Origin: Felis catus
Lineage: Eukaryota
Direction: 5' to 3'
Length of the DNA stretch: 64,000 nucleotides
NCBI RefSeq assembly: GCF_018350175.1
Contig: NC_058368.1
Location: 118,298,001-118,362,000 of the forward strand
Shown: positions 49,886 through 62,184 of the stretch, in pieces
How the letters are laid out: the number at the start of each line of letters is the position of its first letter
Position numbering within the stretch: position 1 is the first letter of the stretch
Notes under the pieces: model-generated
Database searches by the model: none
Seen by the model: the letters and a program-made list of their open reading frames with translations, nothing else
What the model was told of the DNA's origin: nothing
Made by a program: the position numbers and the translations under genes

Positions 49886-50254
49886 TTTATTTTTATTTTT
49901 TATGAATATAATTTATTGTCAAATTGGCTTACATACAACAGGCAGTGCTCATCCCAACAAATGCCGTCCTCAATGCCCATCACCCACTTTCCCCTCTCCC
50001 CCACCCCCACATCCACCCTCAGTTTGTTCTCTGTATTTAAGAGTCTCTTGTGGTTTGCCTCCTTCCCTCTCTGTTTGTATCTATTTTTTTTCCGCTTCCC
50101 TTCCCCCATGGTCTTCTGTTCAGTTTCTCAAGATCCACAGATGAGTGAAAACATATGATATCTGTCCTTCTCTGACTGACTTATTTTGCTCAGCATAATA
50201 CCTTCCAATTCCATCCACGTTGCTGCAAATGGCAGGATTTTATTCTTTCTCATT
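49886..50254 (-). mobile_element. Felid-type L1 (L1_Fc-like) 5'-truncated 3' end
   Basis: AATTTATTGTCAAATTGGCTTACATACAACA..CAGTGCTCATCCCAACAAATGCC.TCCTCAATGCCCATCACCCAC; flanked by ggatggctt / ggacggctt TSD. Confidence 0.82.
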
Positions 50255-50270
50255 GGACGGCTTCATTTTT

Positions 50271-50477
50271 TTTTTTAATGTTTATTCATTTTTGAGAGAG
50301 AGAGTCAGAGTGCAAGCAGAGGACGAGCAGAGAAAGAGGGAGACACAGAATCCAAAGCAGGCTCCAGGCTCTGAGCTGTCAGCGCACAACCAGACATGGG
50401 GCTTGAACTCATGAACCACGAGATCATGACCTGAGCCAAAGTCGGATGCTTAACTGACCGAGCCACCCAGGCGCCCC
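50271..50477 (-). mobile_element. CanSINE
   Basis: TSD ggacggcttcattttt / ggatggcttcattttt. Confidence 0.92.
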
Positions 50478-51842
50478 AGGATGGCTTCATTTTTAACAAG
50501 TGCCTTTAACCTCCAGTCTTGAATACACTTACGTTAGAGAGCTACTGCATAAATGATTCCGACACATCCTGACGCTTGGAATGCCACTGCTCTGCAACGA
50601 TGAAAGTTGTACTTCTATCTTGCAGACCCCAGATATTTTTTCCCTGACTCAACTATGCTTCCCTCAGCAACTCAGAGAAGTGTTGGCCAACAGAACACAA
50701 AGAAGCAAAGAAAGTAGAAAAGCGATGTAATCTGAAGCCACATTGAGTCTGAGTCCAAGAAATTGTGATGGAAAAACACTAAGGCTCCTCACCTTGACTG
50801 TGACAAAGCTTGGGAGGGTGAAATGGGATGTGTGAACTTTCTGAAAACTGTCGACACTATACAGGGGCTGCTTGTAGTTAGCAACCTACTCCCGGGGAAG
50901 AAGCTGCTTCTAGACTTATGTGGCTTTTGACTCCTCATGGCAGTCTTGGGACAGGACGGTGTGAGCAGAGAGATTGGGAACTTGTATCCCAAATGTCAGA
51001 TGCCTCAGCCCTGGCCTTAGCCTGCAACGTCTGACCTCAAGGGAGCAGAGGAGTGCAGTCCACGTGTCTGTGCAGTGTTTTAGGGCGGGCTTTGCTGCTA
51101 GCCCCATGGAGCCCTCACCCCTGTGTCCCCTCTCCCGGCGGTCAGTGTGAGCAGTGTGAGTCCCTTAAGGGCCAGTGCAGAGCCATTCTGTAAGGAACCT
51201 AGCCGCCCAGACAATGGCCAGTCTGTTCCTGTGTTCGCTAGCACCCAGGCAGTTAACCCAGAAACTGCCCTTGTGCCCTTCGGGGCAGGCAAATTTAAAA
51301 GCTCTCCTTTCAACTTTGGCCCAACATCTCAGAGGCTGAGAAGATGCCCTTTCCTCCCCCAAAGCCTAGTTTTTCCATACTCTTTGCCCCTGAGGCCTTC
51401 AAGAGGGTCCCTTTTCTTCCTCTGCAGTTGCTGATCCCTGGAAAATTTATAGATCTTCAGAAGAATTCCCCTAGGAACTCTGGAGACAAGAGAAACCTAT
51501 GTCCACCCAGCAGTACAGACTGGGAATGCTCAGAATGTCTTTCTACCACCCCCATGAGAGCCAGAGATCAAACAGCCATCCCAGAAGGCCAGAAACTGGA
51601 GATGTTTTTAAAATTTGTTTTAAATTTCATTTTATTAAACTTGGTGTTGTTTCAAAACTTGAGACAGATTACTAAAATGTACACAGTGTATCTCAGCAAG
51701 AGGAATGAAAACAAAGGGAAAGTAAAGGAAGGGAAACAGACGAAACCAGGTAGAATTTTTTTGCATGAATTCTCTGGTATACTAAGTAAAAGGCAGCACA
51801 CAGGTTTGGTTCTGAGCCTTTTAGCAAGCAAAAAAGTGATCA

Positions 51843-52048
51843 GGGCGCCTGGGTGGTTCAGTTGGTTAAGCGTCTGACTTCAGCTCCGGTCATGATCTTG
51901 CATTTCGTGACTTCAAGCCTCACATGGAGCTTGCTGCTGTCAGCGCATGGCCCGCTTCAGATCTTCTGTCCACCCCCTCTCTCTGCCCCTCCCCTGCTCT
52001 CTCTCTCTCTCTCTCTCTCAAAAATAAAAATAAACAGTAAAAAAAAAG
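51843..52048 (+). mobile_element. CanSINE
   Basis: TSD aaaaaagtgatcag / aaaaaagcgatcag. Confidence 0.9.
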
Positions 52049-52743
52049 CGATCAGTCCTAAAGGTAACTCAAATATCCTCCAGTCCTTCACCTTCTCCTT
52101 TATTAAAAAAGAAATCTATCATTTTTGGAGCTTCTTTGTGCCAGGCACTGTCCTAGGCACTGAGGATAGAGCTGTATGAACAAAACTAGGTCCCTGACTT
52201 CAAAACTGGTCCCTCCAGTTGAGGGAAAGAAACCATATCCAAGTAAACAGTGAACTGTGACCGTGTGTCAGGTGATAATAAATGCTAAAAGATAAATGAA
52301 ACCATGTGCAGGGAGGTACGAAGCCCAGGGGAGGGTGCAGCCATTTCAGACTAAACGGTTGGGGCTATCCTCTAGGGAGTGAGGAAGTGAGATGCGTGGA
52401 CGTGGCAGAAGAGCATTTGGGGCACAGAGGGCAGCATTCAAAGACGACAAAGCAGGAGGGCAGCTGGTGTGTTGGAGAAACTTCTAAGACATCAGTGGGG
52501 CTCGAGCACAGTGAGGGGCCAGGGGGGAGGCAGGAAGTTGTGTGCGATGCCCTTTGGGGTTGTGCAGCCTGGCAGCCCCCGGGAAGAGATGAGGTCAGAA
52601 GGAGAGTGGCATCTTCCAGGCCACGTGACGACTTTGACTCTCAACTGGAGTCAAATGGGCAGCATAGGGGAGTGTCGAGCAGAGAGGTGATGTGATTTCA
52701 AGAGATCACTCTGGCCACTGTGTGAAAAACGGGCTGCAGAGGG

Positions 52744-53368
52744 TGTTGGCTCGTCTCCTAGGACAGGCCGTGACAAAATACCACAGACTGGGTGGCTGGA
52801 ACAACAGAAGGGGATTTTCTCACAGTTCTGGAAGCCCAAGATCAAGATGTCGGTAGGTTTGGGGTTTTTTCCGAGGCCTTCCTCATGTGTCTTCACATGG
52901 TCTCTGTGCACACAAATGTTTGGTTTCTGTGTCCAAATGTCCTCTTCTTGGTGAAGATATCAATTAGATTGAATCAGAGCCCATCCTGATGGCTTCATGT
53001 TAACTTTATTATCTCTTTCAGGGCCCTATGTCTAGATATACTCACATCCTGAGAGTGCCTGGGTGGCTCAGTCAGTTAAGCATCCGACTCTTGATTTCGG
53101 CTCAGGTTATGATCTCACGGTTTGCGAGTTCCAGCCCTGCATCAGGCTCTGTGCTGACAGTGCAGACCTGCTTGGGATTCTCTCTCCCTCTCTCTCTCCC
53201 TCCTCCACTGTTTCTGTCTCTCTCTCTCTGTCTCTCTCTCTCTTGCCTGTTCTCTCTCTCTCTCTCTCTCAAAAAAAAAAATGTATATATGTGTGTGTAC
53301 TCACATTCTGAGGTACTGGGGTTAGAGCTTCTACACATGAACTTGGAGAGAACACAATTCAGCCCACA
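52744..53368 (-). mobile_element. MaLR MLT1A-type solo LTR split by a SINE
   Basis: ACAAAATACCACAGACTGGGTGGCT...CTCACAGTTCTGGAAGCCCAAGATCAAG...CACATTCTGAGGTACTGGGG...CACAATTCAGCCCA. Confidence 0.8.
53052..53281 (+). mobile_element. CanSINE inside MLT1
   Basis: SINE head and long (CT)n; TSD tactcacatcctga / tactcacattctga. Confidence 0.9.
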
Positions 53369-53794
53369 ATGGGGCAAGGGTAGAAGCAGGAAGACCACTT
53401 TGGAAGCTAGCAAGAGCTGGCAGTGTGTGGAGCAGACCGATAGGCATGTAAGAAGTGCTCCGATTCTACAAATACCTTAAAGGGAGAATAGGGCTTGCTG
53501 ATGGGTGGGACGGAGGGTGTGAAGAAAGAAAAGATTCAAGGATGGCTCCCATTTGGGGGGCCCCAGCAACTGGAGGCACGGGGTTGGCGTTTATTGAGAC
53601 AAGGAAAGCTATGGAGAACAAATGCAGGAAGATGCTGAGATCAGTGAGTTCAGTTTGGGGCATGTCAAGTTTGAGGCATCCAAGAGGGAATGTCAAATAG
53701 CCAATCTGGGCTACACCAGTCTGGAGTTTAGGAGAGAGGTCAGCGTTTACTGACCTGTAATTATTCTTTCTCATTTCTATGATTTCTTCGCATT

Positions 53795-54830
53795 CTTTGG
53801 TAACAGCATTAATGAGATGTAATTCACATACTGTGAAATTCACCTGGCTCAAGTATAGAATTTGGTGGATTTTCATATATTCACATGGTTGTGCACCCAT
53901 CACCACTATCTAATTTTAGAACATTTTCATCAGCCCCCAAAAAGAAACCCCGTGCCCTTTAGCAATCAGTCCCCATTTCTCTCTCCTCTCAAGCCCTTGG
54001 CAGTCATTAATCTACTTTCTCTCGCTATGTATTTGCCTAGGCTGGACATTTTATAAACATGGAATTCTACAATAGATAGCCTTTGGTGTCTGGCTTCTTA
54101 GACTTAGTGTAATGTGTTCCAAGTCCATCCGCGAGTATCAGCACGTTATTCCTTTTTTATGGAAGAATAAGATTTCATTGCATGGATACACCGTATTTTG
54201 TTGATCCATTCATCAGCTGATGGACTTTTGGATTGTTTCTGCTTTTTGGCTGTAGCAATAATGCTGCTATTGCTACATAATGCTGGACACTCATGAGAAA
54301 GTTGTTGTGTGAATGCGTATTTTCAGCTCTCTTGAGTACGTGCTTAGGAGAGGAATGCTAGGTTATAGGGTAACTCTCTGTTTAATATTTTGAGGAACTT
54401 CAAAACCATCATCCAAAGCAGCTGTACCAATTTACACTCCCACCAGCAATGTATGAGGATTCTGGTTTCTCCAGATATTGTATAACCCTTGTTACTGTCT
54501 TTTTGCATACAGTCATTCTAGTGGGCATGAGGTTTTTGGTTTGCATTTCCTGGAAGACTAATGATGATGAACATTTTTCATGTGCTTCTTGGCCACTTGA
54601 TATCATTTTTAGAAAAATGTCTTTCATTTTCAGAAAAATGTCTTCCCAAGCTCTTTGCCCATTTTCAATTGGGCTATTTGTCTATTTACTGTTGAGTGCT
54701 AAGGGTTCTTTATATATTTTGGATACAAATCCCTGTCTGGTATATGATTCACAAATATTTTCTCTGTTCTTTGGGTTGTCTTTTACTTTCTTAAGGATGT
54801 CCTCTGAAACAAAAAAGTTTTTAATTTTTT
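53795..54830 (-). mobile_element. L1M 3' UTR and ORF2 C-terminal fragment
   Basis: Antisense L1 motifs (TGTACCAATTTACACTCCCACCAGCAATGTATGAGG); ORF 54409..54627 resembles the ORF2 tail. Confidence 0.88.
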
Positions 54831-55279
54831 AAAAGATTTTATTTTCTGTAATCTGAACACCCAACGGGTTCAAACCCACAACCCCAAGATCATGAGTTCC
54901 ATGTTCCGCCAACTGAGCCAGCCAGGCACCCCCAAAAGTTTTTAATTTTGACAAACTGATATACAAATTTGAAAGCCATCAGCATATAGATATTATTTTA
55001 AGCCACAAGACTCCATGAGAGTCTCTAGGAAGTTAATTTAATAAGGAATGGAAGTATCCAAGGGCACCATGGTTGCTTATTCAGAGGTCCAAGATGTGAG
55101 AAGATACCAGCAAAGGAAGCCAAGAAGGCCTCTACTCCCATTTTCCCTCTTCTCTCATTTTGGAGTGTTAATCCTTTTCTAGGATGACAACAGAAAATTC
55201 AGAATTCTTGTTCTTTTTTTAGGCAATGCCGTTCTGGTCTTCTGTCTCAATTCACTTTTTCGAGGCCGTGCAGACCGTA

Positions 55280-56480
55280 GAGGTGTCCTTTTTCTTCCAG
55301 CCTCCTCATCCAATGACCTGATGGCCTCTGCCCATAAATCTCTATAAATTCTCACCTCAGACCATGCATCATTTGCAGCTCCATCCCCTGGTAAGATTTT
55401 TCACGTCCATCCCATTCATTCCAGACCATTCTTGAATGTGGCTATAATATAGCTGCCATTCATTTTTGCCTTATATTGAGCAACCAGACCAACCTATCTG
55501 TAAACCAAGCTACGGCTTTTTCATCCTCCTTCAGCTGATCTTAAGGGCGCCCACCATGGCATAGGTGCAGGGACGTTTGTGCCACTGTGAGAGGCTACCT
55601 GGAAGTCTGGACTATCTGTCCTTGCAGCTTGATCCCAAATACACCATTTTCAACAGCCGTACAGCTGCTGGTCCCACCCAACTTCGTGACTTGGTGGATG
55701 TGACAGAACCCAGCTTGTGATAGGCAGTTACAGACACATGATCACTTTGTTCCCGATGGTCAAGCGTTGTGTCTCTACCAGGGCTCACCGCGTTCTTTGC
55801 CCAAAGGTGTATGCTTGTCTGCTACAAATTGCATGGCCTTGTTCCAGAATCCCTGGACTGCATTATGATTCTCCCCTGGGTCTTTTAGCAATTTGTCTTC
55901 TACCTTAGAGGGAGAACTCTGGCACACCTCTGGCCATTCGACCCCTAAACACTTTGCAGTGGGGTGGTTGGTCTCTGAACCTTCACAGCATTTTTATCCC
56001 ACCCTGTTGGCTGCCCTGTCTTATTAAGCCTTCCAGTGTGTGGCCACCTCTTCCTCATCCTGTCTGATCAGCCTGATGCCATCAGTCTAGCGGATCGGTG
56101 TGATGCTCTGTGGGATGTCCAGGTGATCCAGCTCGCTGAACTGTATATGACAGAAGGTGAGAGAGTTAAAAGAGCATGGAAGCAGAACTATAAATGTTGT
56201 CAGTTTCATGATAATGTGGACTGTTTCTGATCCTTTTTTTTCTTTTTTTCCCGGAGCGGCACGTGTTGGCTTTAATCACTTTTTTTTTTTTCGGATCCTC
56301 TTTTCTAATGAACATAGAACACACATTCACCAAAGTAAGAGCCACATGCTGTGTACCTTGGCCTTATTAATCTTCTGTAGCAAAAACAGCACCTTCAGTG
56401 CAGCACACACAGCCAGGGCTGCCACCGCTTGAGTTACGGTAGTCTGCAGCCATTCTCCAGATCCGTCTGGTCTCCCTCGA
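55280..56480 (-). mobile_element. ERV-L (class III endogenous retrovirus) pol remnant: RT, tether and RNase H
   Basis: Minus-strand translation fragments WRMAADYR, LDHLDIPQSITPIR*TDGIRLI (decayed YIDD region), KCLGVEW, PSKVEDKLL, GFWNKAM, ALVETQRLTIGNKV, LPITSWVLSHPPSHEV, AWFTD, WSEVRIYRDLWA are collinear with ERV-L Pol. Many stops, frameshifts and deletions. Confidence 0.9.
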
Positions 56481-56489
56481 CCCCGTTTC

Positions 56490-58515
56490 AGAGAAGAGCA
56501 CTGTGTTCACTGTGGACCATCATTTCCCCCAGGCTTCTGAGGTCTGTAGATTAGTTGTCTGTCGCCGTGGACAAATTTCCCAAAACCTGGTGGCTTCAAA
56601 CAACAAATATAAATGATGTCATGCTCTGTGTGGGCCGGGGTGGAAGTGGCTTAGCTGGATGGTCTGCTTCAAGGATCCTCATGGGGTTGTAGTCAAGGCG
56701 TCAGCCAGGGTTGTATGGTCTGAAGCCTTGACTGGGGTCAGGAGGGCTTCCAAGAAGGCTCATTCACGTGGCTGGCATATGGTGCTGGCTGGGATGCCTC
56801 AGTTCTCTTCCACATGGCCTCTCATCCTCCAGGACCTTTCTTCTCCACGTGGCTTCTCCTGCAGGACAGTCTGAACTTCTTTACATGGTGGCTGGACTCT
56901 GTGAGAGAAAGAGAAGAGTAAGAAAGCCCAAAACTTCCAAGTCAATCTAATCACAAAAGTGACATCTTATCACTTCTGCCATATGCTAAATTTTTCTTTA
57001 ATGTTTATTTATTTGAGAGAGAGAGCATGAGCAGAGGAGGGGCAGAGAGAGAGAGGGAGACACAGAATCCCAAGCAGGCTCCAGGCTCTGAGCTGTCAGC
57101 ACAGAGCCCGACACGGGGCTCAAACTCATGAACCTGGAGATCATGACCTGAGCTGAAGTCAGACACTCAACTGACTGAGCCACTCAGGTGCCCCAATTCT
57201 GCCATATTCTGTGTGGTACAAATGAGTCCATAAATCCAACCTAAACTCAGTGGGAAGGGATTATAAAAAAGAACATGAGTACTAGGAGGAGGAGGGCCAA
57301 TGGAGATTGTCAATCATAGCTACCCTAACCGCAAGTTTGCCTCAAACCCTGGGTTCCTTCACACATTTTTTTTTTGTTGAGAGAGAGACAGTATACAAGC
57401 AGGGGAGAGGCAGAGAGAGAGAGAGAGAGTGTGTGTGTGTGCGCACGTGTGAGAGAGAATCCCAAGCAGTTTCCACTCTGTCAGCACAGAACCTGATGTG
57501 GGGCTTACGCTCATAAACTGTGAGCTCGTGACCTGAGCCGAGACCAAGAGGCAGATGTTTAAACTGACTGAGCCACCCATGTGTCCCTCCTTCACACATT
57601 AAATCCCATGTCCCAGGAAGGTGCCTCTAAGTCAAAGGATTTTGAGTCTTACGTTCTTGCCCCTTGCTCAAGAACCCTCAAATATAACCCCTGAGGGCCT
57701 TCTCTAGCTGCAGGTGATGCAGGCTAGCTAATTCTTACTGCTCTCATTGTATAATCGCTTTCTCCCTTAAGAAGCCCAGCATGTCCTGGAGTTTAATCCT
57801 GCTTATTGGGAAGTGAGGGCAGCTCCATGAGGTGTTTTTGGGGAGAGGCCTCTATAGCACCATCCAGCACTGGCAAGGGCTAGCTCTAACCAGGAAGAAG
57901 TGGGCTGCCTCTGCAGAGGCACCTCATGGGAGAGGGAGGCCTCCCCGTGGATGTGAACAAGACCAGAGCATCTACCCAGATGTTCCCATCCTACGTTTCA
58001 GGGTTTCCAGCCAGGGCTTTGACCTCAGCATAACAGTGAGTCCGGGCTGAGCTTGTACGTGTCTCTGCAACTCTGAAACTCCCAACAATCAAGTTCTGCT
58101 TCGGTTCCTCCGCTAGGTTAGCTTCTCTACTCCAGGAAATAAGGGCCTCTTTGTAAGCTACCAGATAAGCCCTCTGGCTGTCATACTTAGCCTTTAACTG
58201 TTTGTTTAACAGTTTGTTAATGATCCTCAGTTTCTCCCTGCTGGCAGAGCTTCAAGACAATTTAGCAATAACTAGCTAACTCTGCTGCCCTTGTAGACAT
58301 CAGCCACACTGCTCTCCCATATCGTGCAAATGCCCACTTCTTACCACTCCCATCAGGCTGTTCCCTTCCACCGGGATGCTGCCCCAGGCCACCACCAGTG
58401 AAACTTCAGCAGTGAGGTCGTCACCTTATGCCAGACACTCTGTGCCCCGTATTCTATTCAGGATGGTGTCCTCCTTGCATTCCTGGTGGTGAGTGAGGCA
58501 GTTCCGCAGCCCCAT
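56490..58515 (-). mobile_element. ERV-L gag remnant (ERV3-16A3/HERV16-like lineage), interrupted by an MLT1 LTR and SINEs
   Basis: ATG at 58515-58513 (MGLRNCLTH). Fragments LLLNCLEAL, KQLKAKYDSQRAYLVAYKEALISWSREA, VSELQRHVQAQP, YAEVKALAG, ET*DGNIWVD, RVLEQG, DMGFNV, EAWGK*WSTV follow ERV-L Gag order. Lineage call is from memory. Confidence 0.82.
56545..57333 (-). mobile_element. MaLR MLT1-type solo LTR inserted in ERV-L gag (itself split by a SINE)
   Basis: Typical MLT1 motifs ACAAATTTCCCAAAACCTGGTGGCTTCAAACAACA, GGCTTAGCTGGATGGTCTG, CCTCAGTTCTCTTCCACATGGCCTCTC; gag homology resumes on both sides. Confidence 0.75.
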
Positions 58516-59573
58516 CTTTCCGCCTGCTTTCTCCAACCATTCCTGTGCTAGACTGGGTTCTAGAAGCAGATGCCAAGATGTGATGAAGTTCACAAGATTT
58601 ATTTGTGGAAAATGGAGGGAGCAGGAGTGGGCAGGGGGAGTCTTCAGACCTTTTGTGTGTCTGATATCTATTTAAAGAGACGTAGGGTACACCTGGATGG
58701 CTTGGTCAGTTAAGTGTCCAGCTCTTGATTTCAGCTCAGGTCATGATCTCACAGTTCATGAGTTTGAGCCCTGCATCCGGCTCTATGCTGACAGCATGGA
58801 GCCTTTCTGGAATTCTCTCTCTCCTCTCTACCTGCCCCCCCACCCCCCGTCTCAAAAGAAATAAATGTACTTTTTTTTTTTTTTTTTAAGTTTAAAAGAG
58901 ACCTAGGGAGGAAAGATGGTCAGGAAGAGTCTCTGACTGTGGAGTGGTTCTAAGAAAGTTTCAGCCAGGCCAGTGGAGAGTTCTTAAGCCAGAGTTAGAG
59001 GAATCGTGCACTAGGACTCTGCTGTGCAGAGTCATTCCTGGGAGCAGTTCTGGAAAGCATTGGACTGGGCACAGACCTACGGAGGGACTAGAGGGACTGT
59101 CGGTCAGCTACACACCCCACCCTCCCCAGCTTCTTGCAGCAGCGTGAGAACTGAGCAGCCTTTTCCTGGTCTCCCAGGCTGTGGGTGCCCTGACTATAAG
59201 CTCTGGTTGACTGAGCCCGGCAAGAATATGTAAATGCCCCGAACCTCCAAGCATCTGAATTGGAGGCCCCCTTCTGCCCTAGAAGCTCAGCCAAATGCCC
59301 CTCCTGGTCTGCCTGTTCCCCATCCCACCCCATGCCCATCCCTCTCACTGGCCCTGGGTACAGGCCTTGTCTCAGGAATGAAAACTGGAAAGGCGTGGGA
59401 TTGTGACTTTCAGTGATTGGTGATGGTCTCAGCTGCTCTGCCTTTGTGGACCGAACTTCTACCAAAGCAGTCATTCCTGGGTCCAAAACAGTCTTTTCCA
59501 ATAAAAGTGAATCCAAATAAATAAAATGTATTTATTTATTTTGAGAGAGAGACAGAGTGAGTATGGGAGGGGC

Positions 59574-59648
<75 letters not shown>

Positions 59649-59772
59649 CCCAAGCAGGCTTCATGCTGTCAATGCAGGGCCTGACATGGGGCTGAAACCC
59701 ACATACCGTGAGATCGTGACCTGAGCTGAAAGCAAGAGTTGGACGTTTAACTGACTGAGTCACGCGGGCGCC
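56990..59772. mobile_element. Four CanSINEs in and near the ERV-L (56990-57193 minus, 57367-57585 minus, 58685-58890 plus, 59515-59772 minus with long (GA)n)
   Basis: SINE bodies; TSDs ttctgccatat, tccttcacacatt, aaagagac. Confidence 0.88.
58553..59200 (-). mobile_element. Probable 5' LTR of the ERV-L provirus (split by a SINE at ~58685-58890)
   Basis: Directly adjoins the gag leader. Begins GGGTTCTAGAAGCAGATGCCAAGATG...AAGATTTATTTG, typical of ERVL-class LTRs read antisense. Right boundary uncertain. Confidence 0.6.
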
Positions 59773-60686
59773 CTGGCTTCTTCCTTTCAGACTATGCTCC
59801 TCATCTCACCCCAATCCTGCCCTCACTTTCCAAGAATGAAATAATTAAGTCTCAAATGCTCCCATATGAACTCATTTCCCTGGACCTTTTCTCAATCCCA
59901 GGAAAAACCCTGGGCTGTAGGCCTAAACTGGCTGTGTATAAGGGGGTGGGATGGGCACAGTGAGGAGGAGTGGTTAGGGGGGCAGATGGGAAGCCCCGAC
60001 CATGAAAACATGATATATTATATAATAGACCACTGTTCCTTGCCAGGAGGGTGCAGGCAATTCTGTTTTTTCTAATGTGCTTAAGACCACTTGACCTGTC
60101 TCCAGATATTCAAGGAAGAGATCTTTGTGTCTTTGAGGCAAGAAAACAACTCTTAATGTCGTGCAGTGGGTGGACTAGGAAAAGGAAATAACAGGCAGTG
60201 TTTATGTCCCCTTGGTGCCTCCAGCAGGCATGGGGGAGAGAGGAGGACGTCAGAGCGAGCTCAGTCTACCTAAGCACTTTGCTGTTGTAGCCTCTTCGGG
60301 GTGAAAACTATCCCTGCCCAAACCTCTGGAGGAAAGCGATATCCCCTTCCCTTGCTCTGCGGCCCTGCAGGACAGAACACCTTGTTCCCCCTTCAAGAGC
60401 AGGCTGCTGTGACTGTTCCCTTCCACAGTCAGGCTGGCAGCCCTTTCTTGTTTCTAGCAGCAGGACAAAGAGCCGATGCAGAATGACCTAGGCCGGGGGT
60501 TGGTCTTGGAGCAGGGGTTCTTCACAGACCTCACAGTCAAAGCGGGTAAGGGCGGGGATGCTGATCACAAAGTGGAGTCACCTCTAAGTGTGAGGGGCGT
60601 GAGAGCACCACACTCTGCCACGGGCCCCAGACAGACTGGGAGCTAGCTGCCAAGCATCACAGGAACTCGGCTTCTAAATCTGTTGG

Positions 60687-60695
60687 TAGATAGAT

Positions 60696-60730
<35 letters not shown>

Positions 60731-60851
60731 GATATACGGATAGATAGATAGATATAGATAGATGATAGATGGATAGATAAATGATAGATGATAGGTAGAT
60801 AGATAATAGATAGATGATAGATAGATGATTAATAGATGATAATAAATAGAT

Positions 60852-60880
<29 letters not shown>
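60687..60880. repeat. Compound (GATA)n/(GAT) microsatellite
   Basis: About 190 bp of interrupted TAGA/GATA repeats. Confidence 0.95.
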
Positions 60881-60883
<3 letters not shown>

Positions 60884-62184
60884 CACCTTCTTCATATCCT
60901 TGTCTTGAGGTTTAAGGGGGGGGTAAGGTGTGAAAAGTGCCTAGGTCAGGCCTGGCATTGCAATATCTTACTAAACAAAAGTGACTGTGACAACTGTAAT
61001 CTACTTCCACAACTGAGATGTGTCTGAAATGTCCCATTACTTGGTTATTTTTGTAAAAAATCCAAAGAAACCCAACTGTACTCCCCCATTCTATGAGGCT
61101 TTCAGGAAACTCAGTTTCAGTTGTTATTCCAGCTCCTCCATCCCCAGGTTTCACAGAGTGCCCAGGGAGTGGAGAGACCTCTGTAGGTGACACCACAGAC
61201 AGATGCTTGGGTCTTGTTCAGGCACAGCTGAGCACCTGTAACCTGCTGACCCTGCATTTACATGCTTCTCAGGGAGGAACAGTCCCAAGCTGGGCTTCCA
61301 CATGTGGGTCCCGCCTCCCTGAGCCCACCATGAAGCTCTCCCCGTCCCATGCTTTAATGCCCCAGGTCTCCATGTGATCCCAGGGATCTGCAGGAGAATA
61401 TCTCTAGGGTCCCATCACTCACCAGTCTGCAGATCTCCCTCTGCTGGAGAAAACCCTGCTCATCTTCCCAAAGTCAGACCCCTCACTGTGTAGATCTGCT
61501 ATGCCCCCTTCCATCTGGTGAGCTTGGTAAGATCTTCAACAAAGAGAGAACTGGCTGGCTTTGGACAGTTTTTGCTTTTAGCTCTGTGTCACTGGGAGGT
61601 AGAGAGGGAGAGGGTTATGGGAGACTGAAATACATATTTATTTACTTATGTATTCAAGAAATCTCTTCTCAGTGTTAGATGCCACTCTACTCCGTGAGAT
61701 TCATTGGTGAACAAGTTGCCTCTTTCCAGAGGCTCCCATCCTAGTATGTGTGGGGGTCAGATCCTAAGTGCATAAAGAAATGTAGAAGGTGACCGTGCCT
61801 AGCATTAAAATGCTAGAAAGAGAATAAAAGAAAGTAATAGGATAGAGAATAGGGCAGGAGAGTTAACATTTGGTTGAGTGGTTGAGAAAGGCTTCTTCAA
61901 GGAGGTGATGTCTGAACTGAGCCTCATATGCTATAGGAAGCCAGCCAGGTGAAGATGTGAGCAGAAGTGGTCCAGGGGGAGGGAAAGGTCTTGCAGTGGG
62001 AAAGAGCTTGGCCTGTTTTAGAATCATCAGCGAGATGGCGATGTATGATGGGACCAAAGAAGTGTTTAAAGACCTGGTCATGACCTTTCAGCCATTGCAG
62101 GGAGTATGGATTCTATTTTAAGTCTGTTGCAAAGCCTTTAGAGAGAATGGGAAGCAGAGCAGTAACATAATCTGATTTATAGAT

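Noticed and set aside
49469..50158. Longest ORF in the track (229 aa, plus strand)
   Set aside because: It is the antisense read-through of two adjacent L1 3' ends; low-complexity F/L/S-rich and with no recognisable domain.
54603..54644. 21-bp tandem duplication tcatttt(t/c)agaaaaatgtctt
   Set aside because: Real but a trivial slippage event inside a dead L1.
57960..58515. Domesticated Fv1-like gag gene
   Set aside because: Multiple stops and frameshifts, no long minus-strand ORF over this span, and gag is interrupted downstream by MLT1 and SINE insertions.
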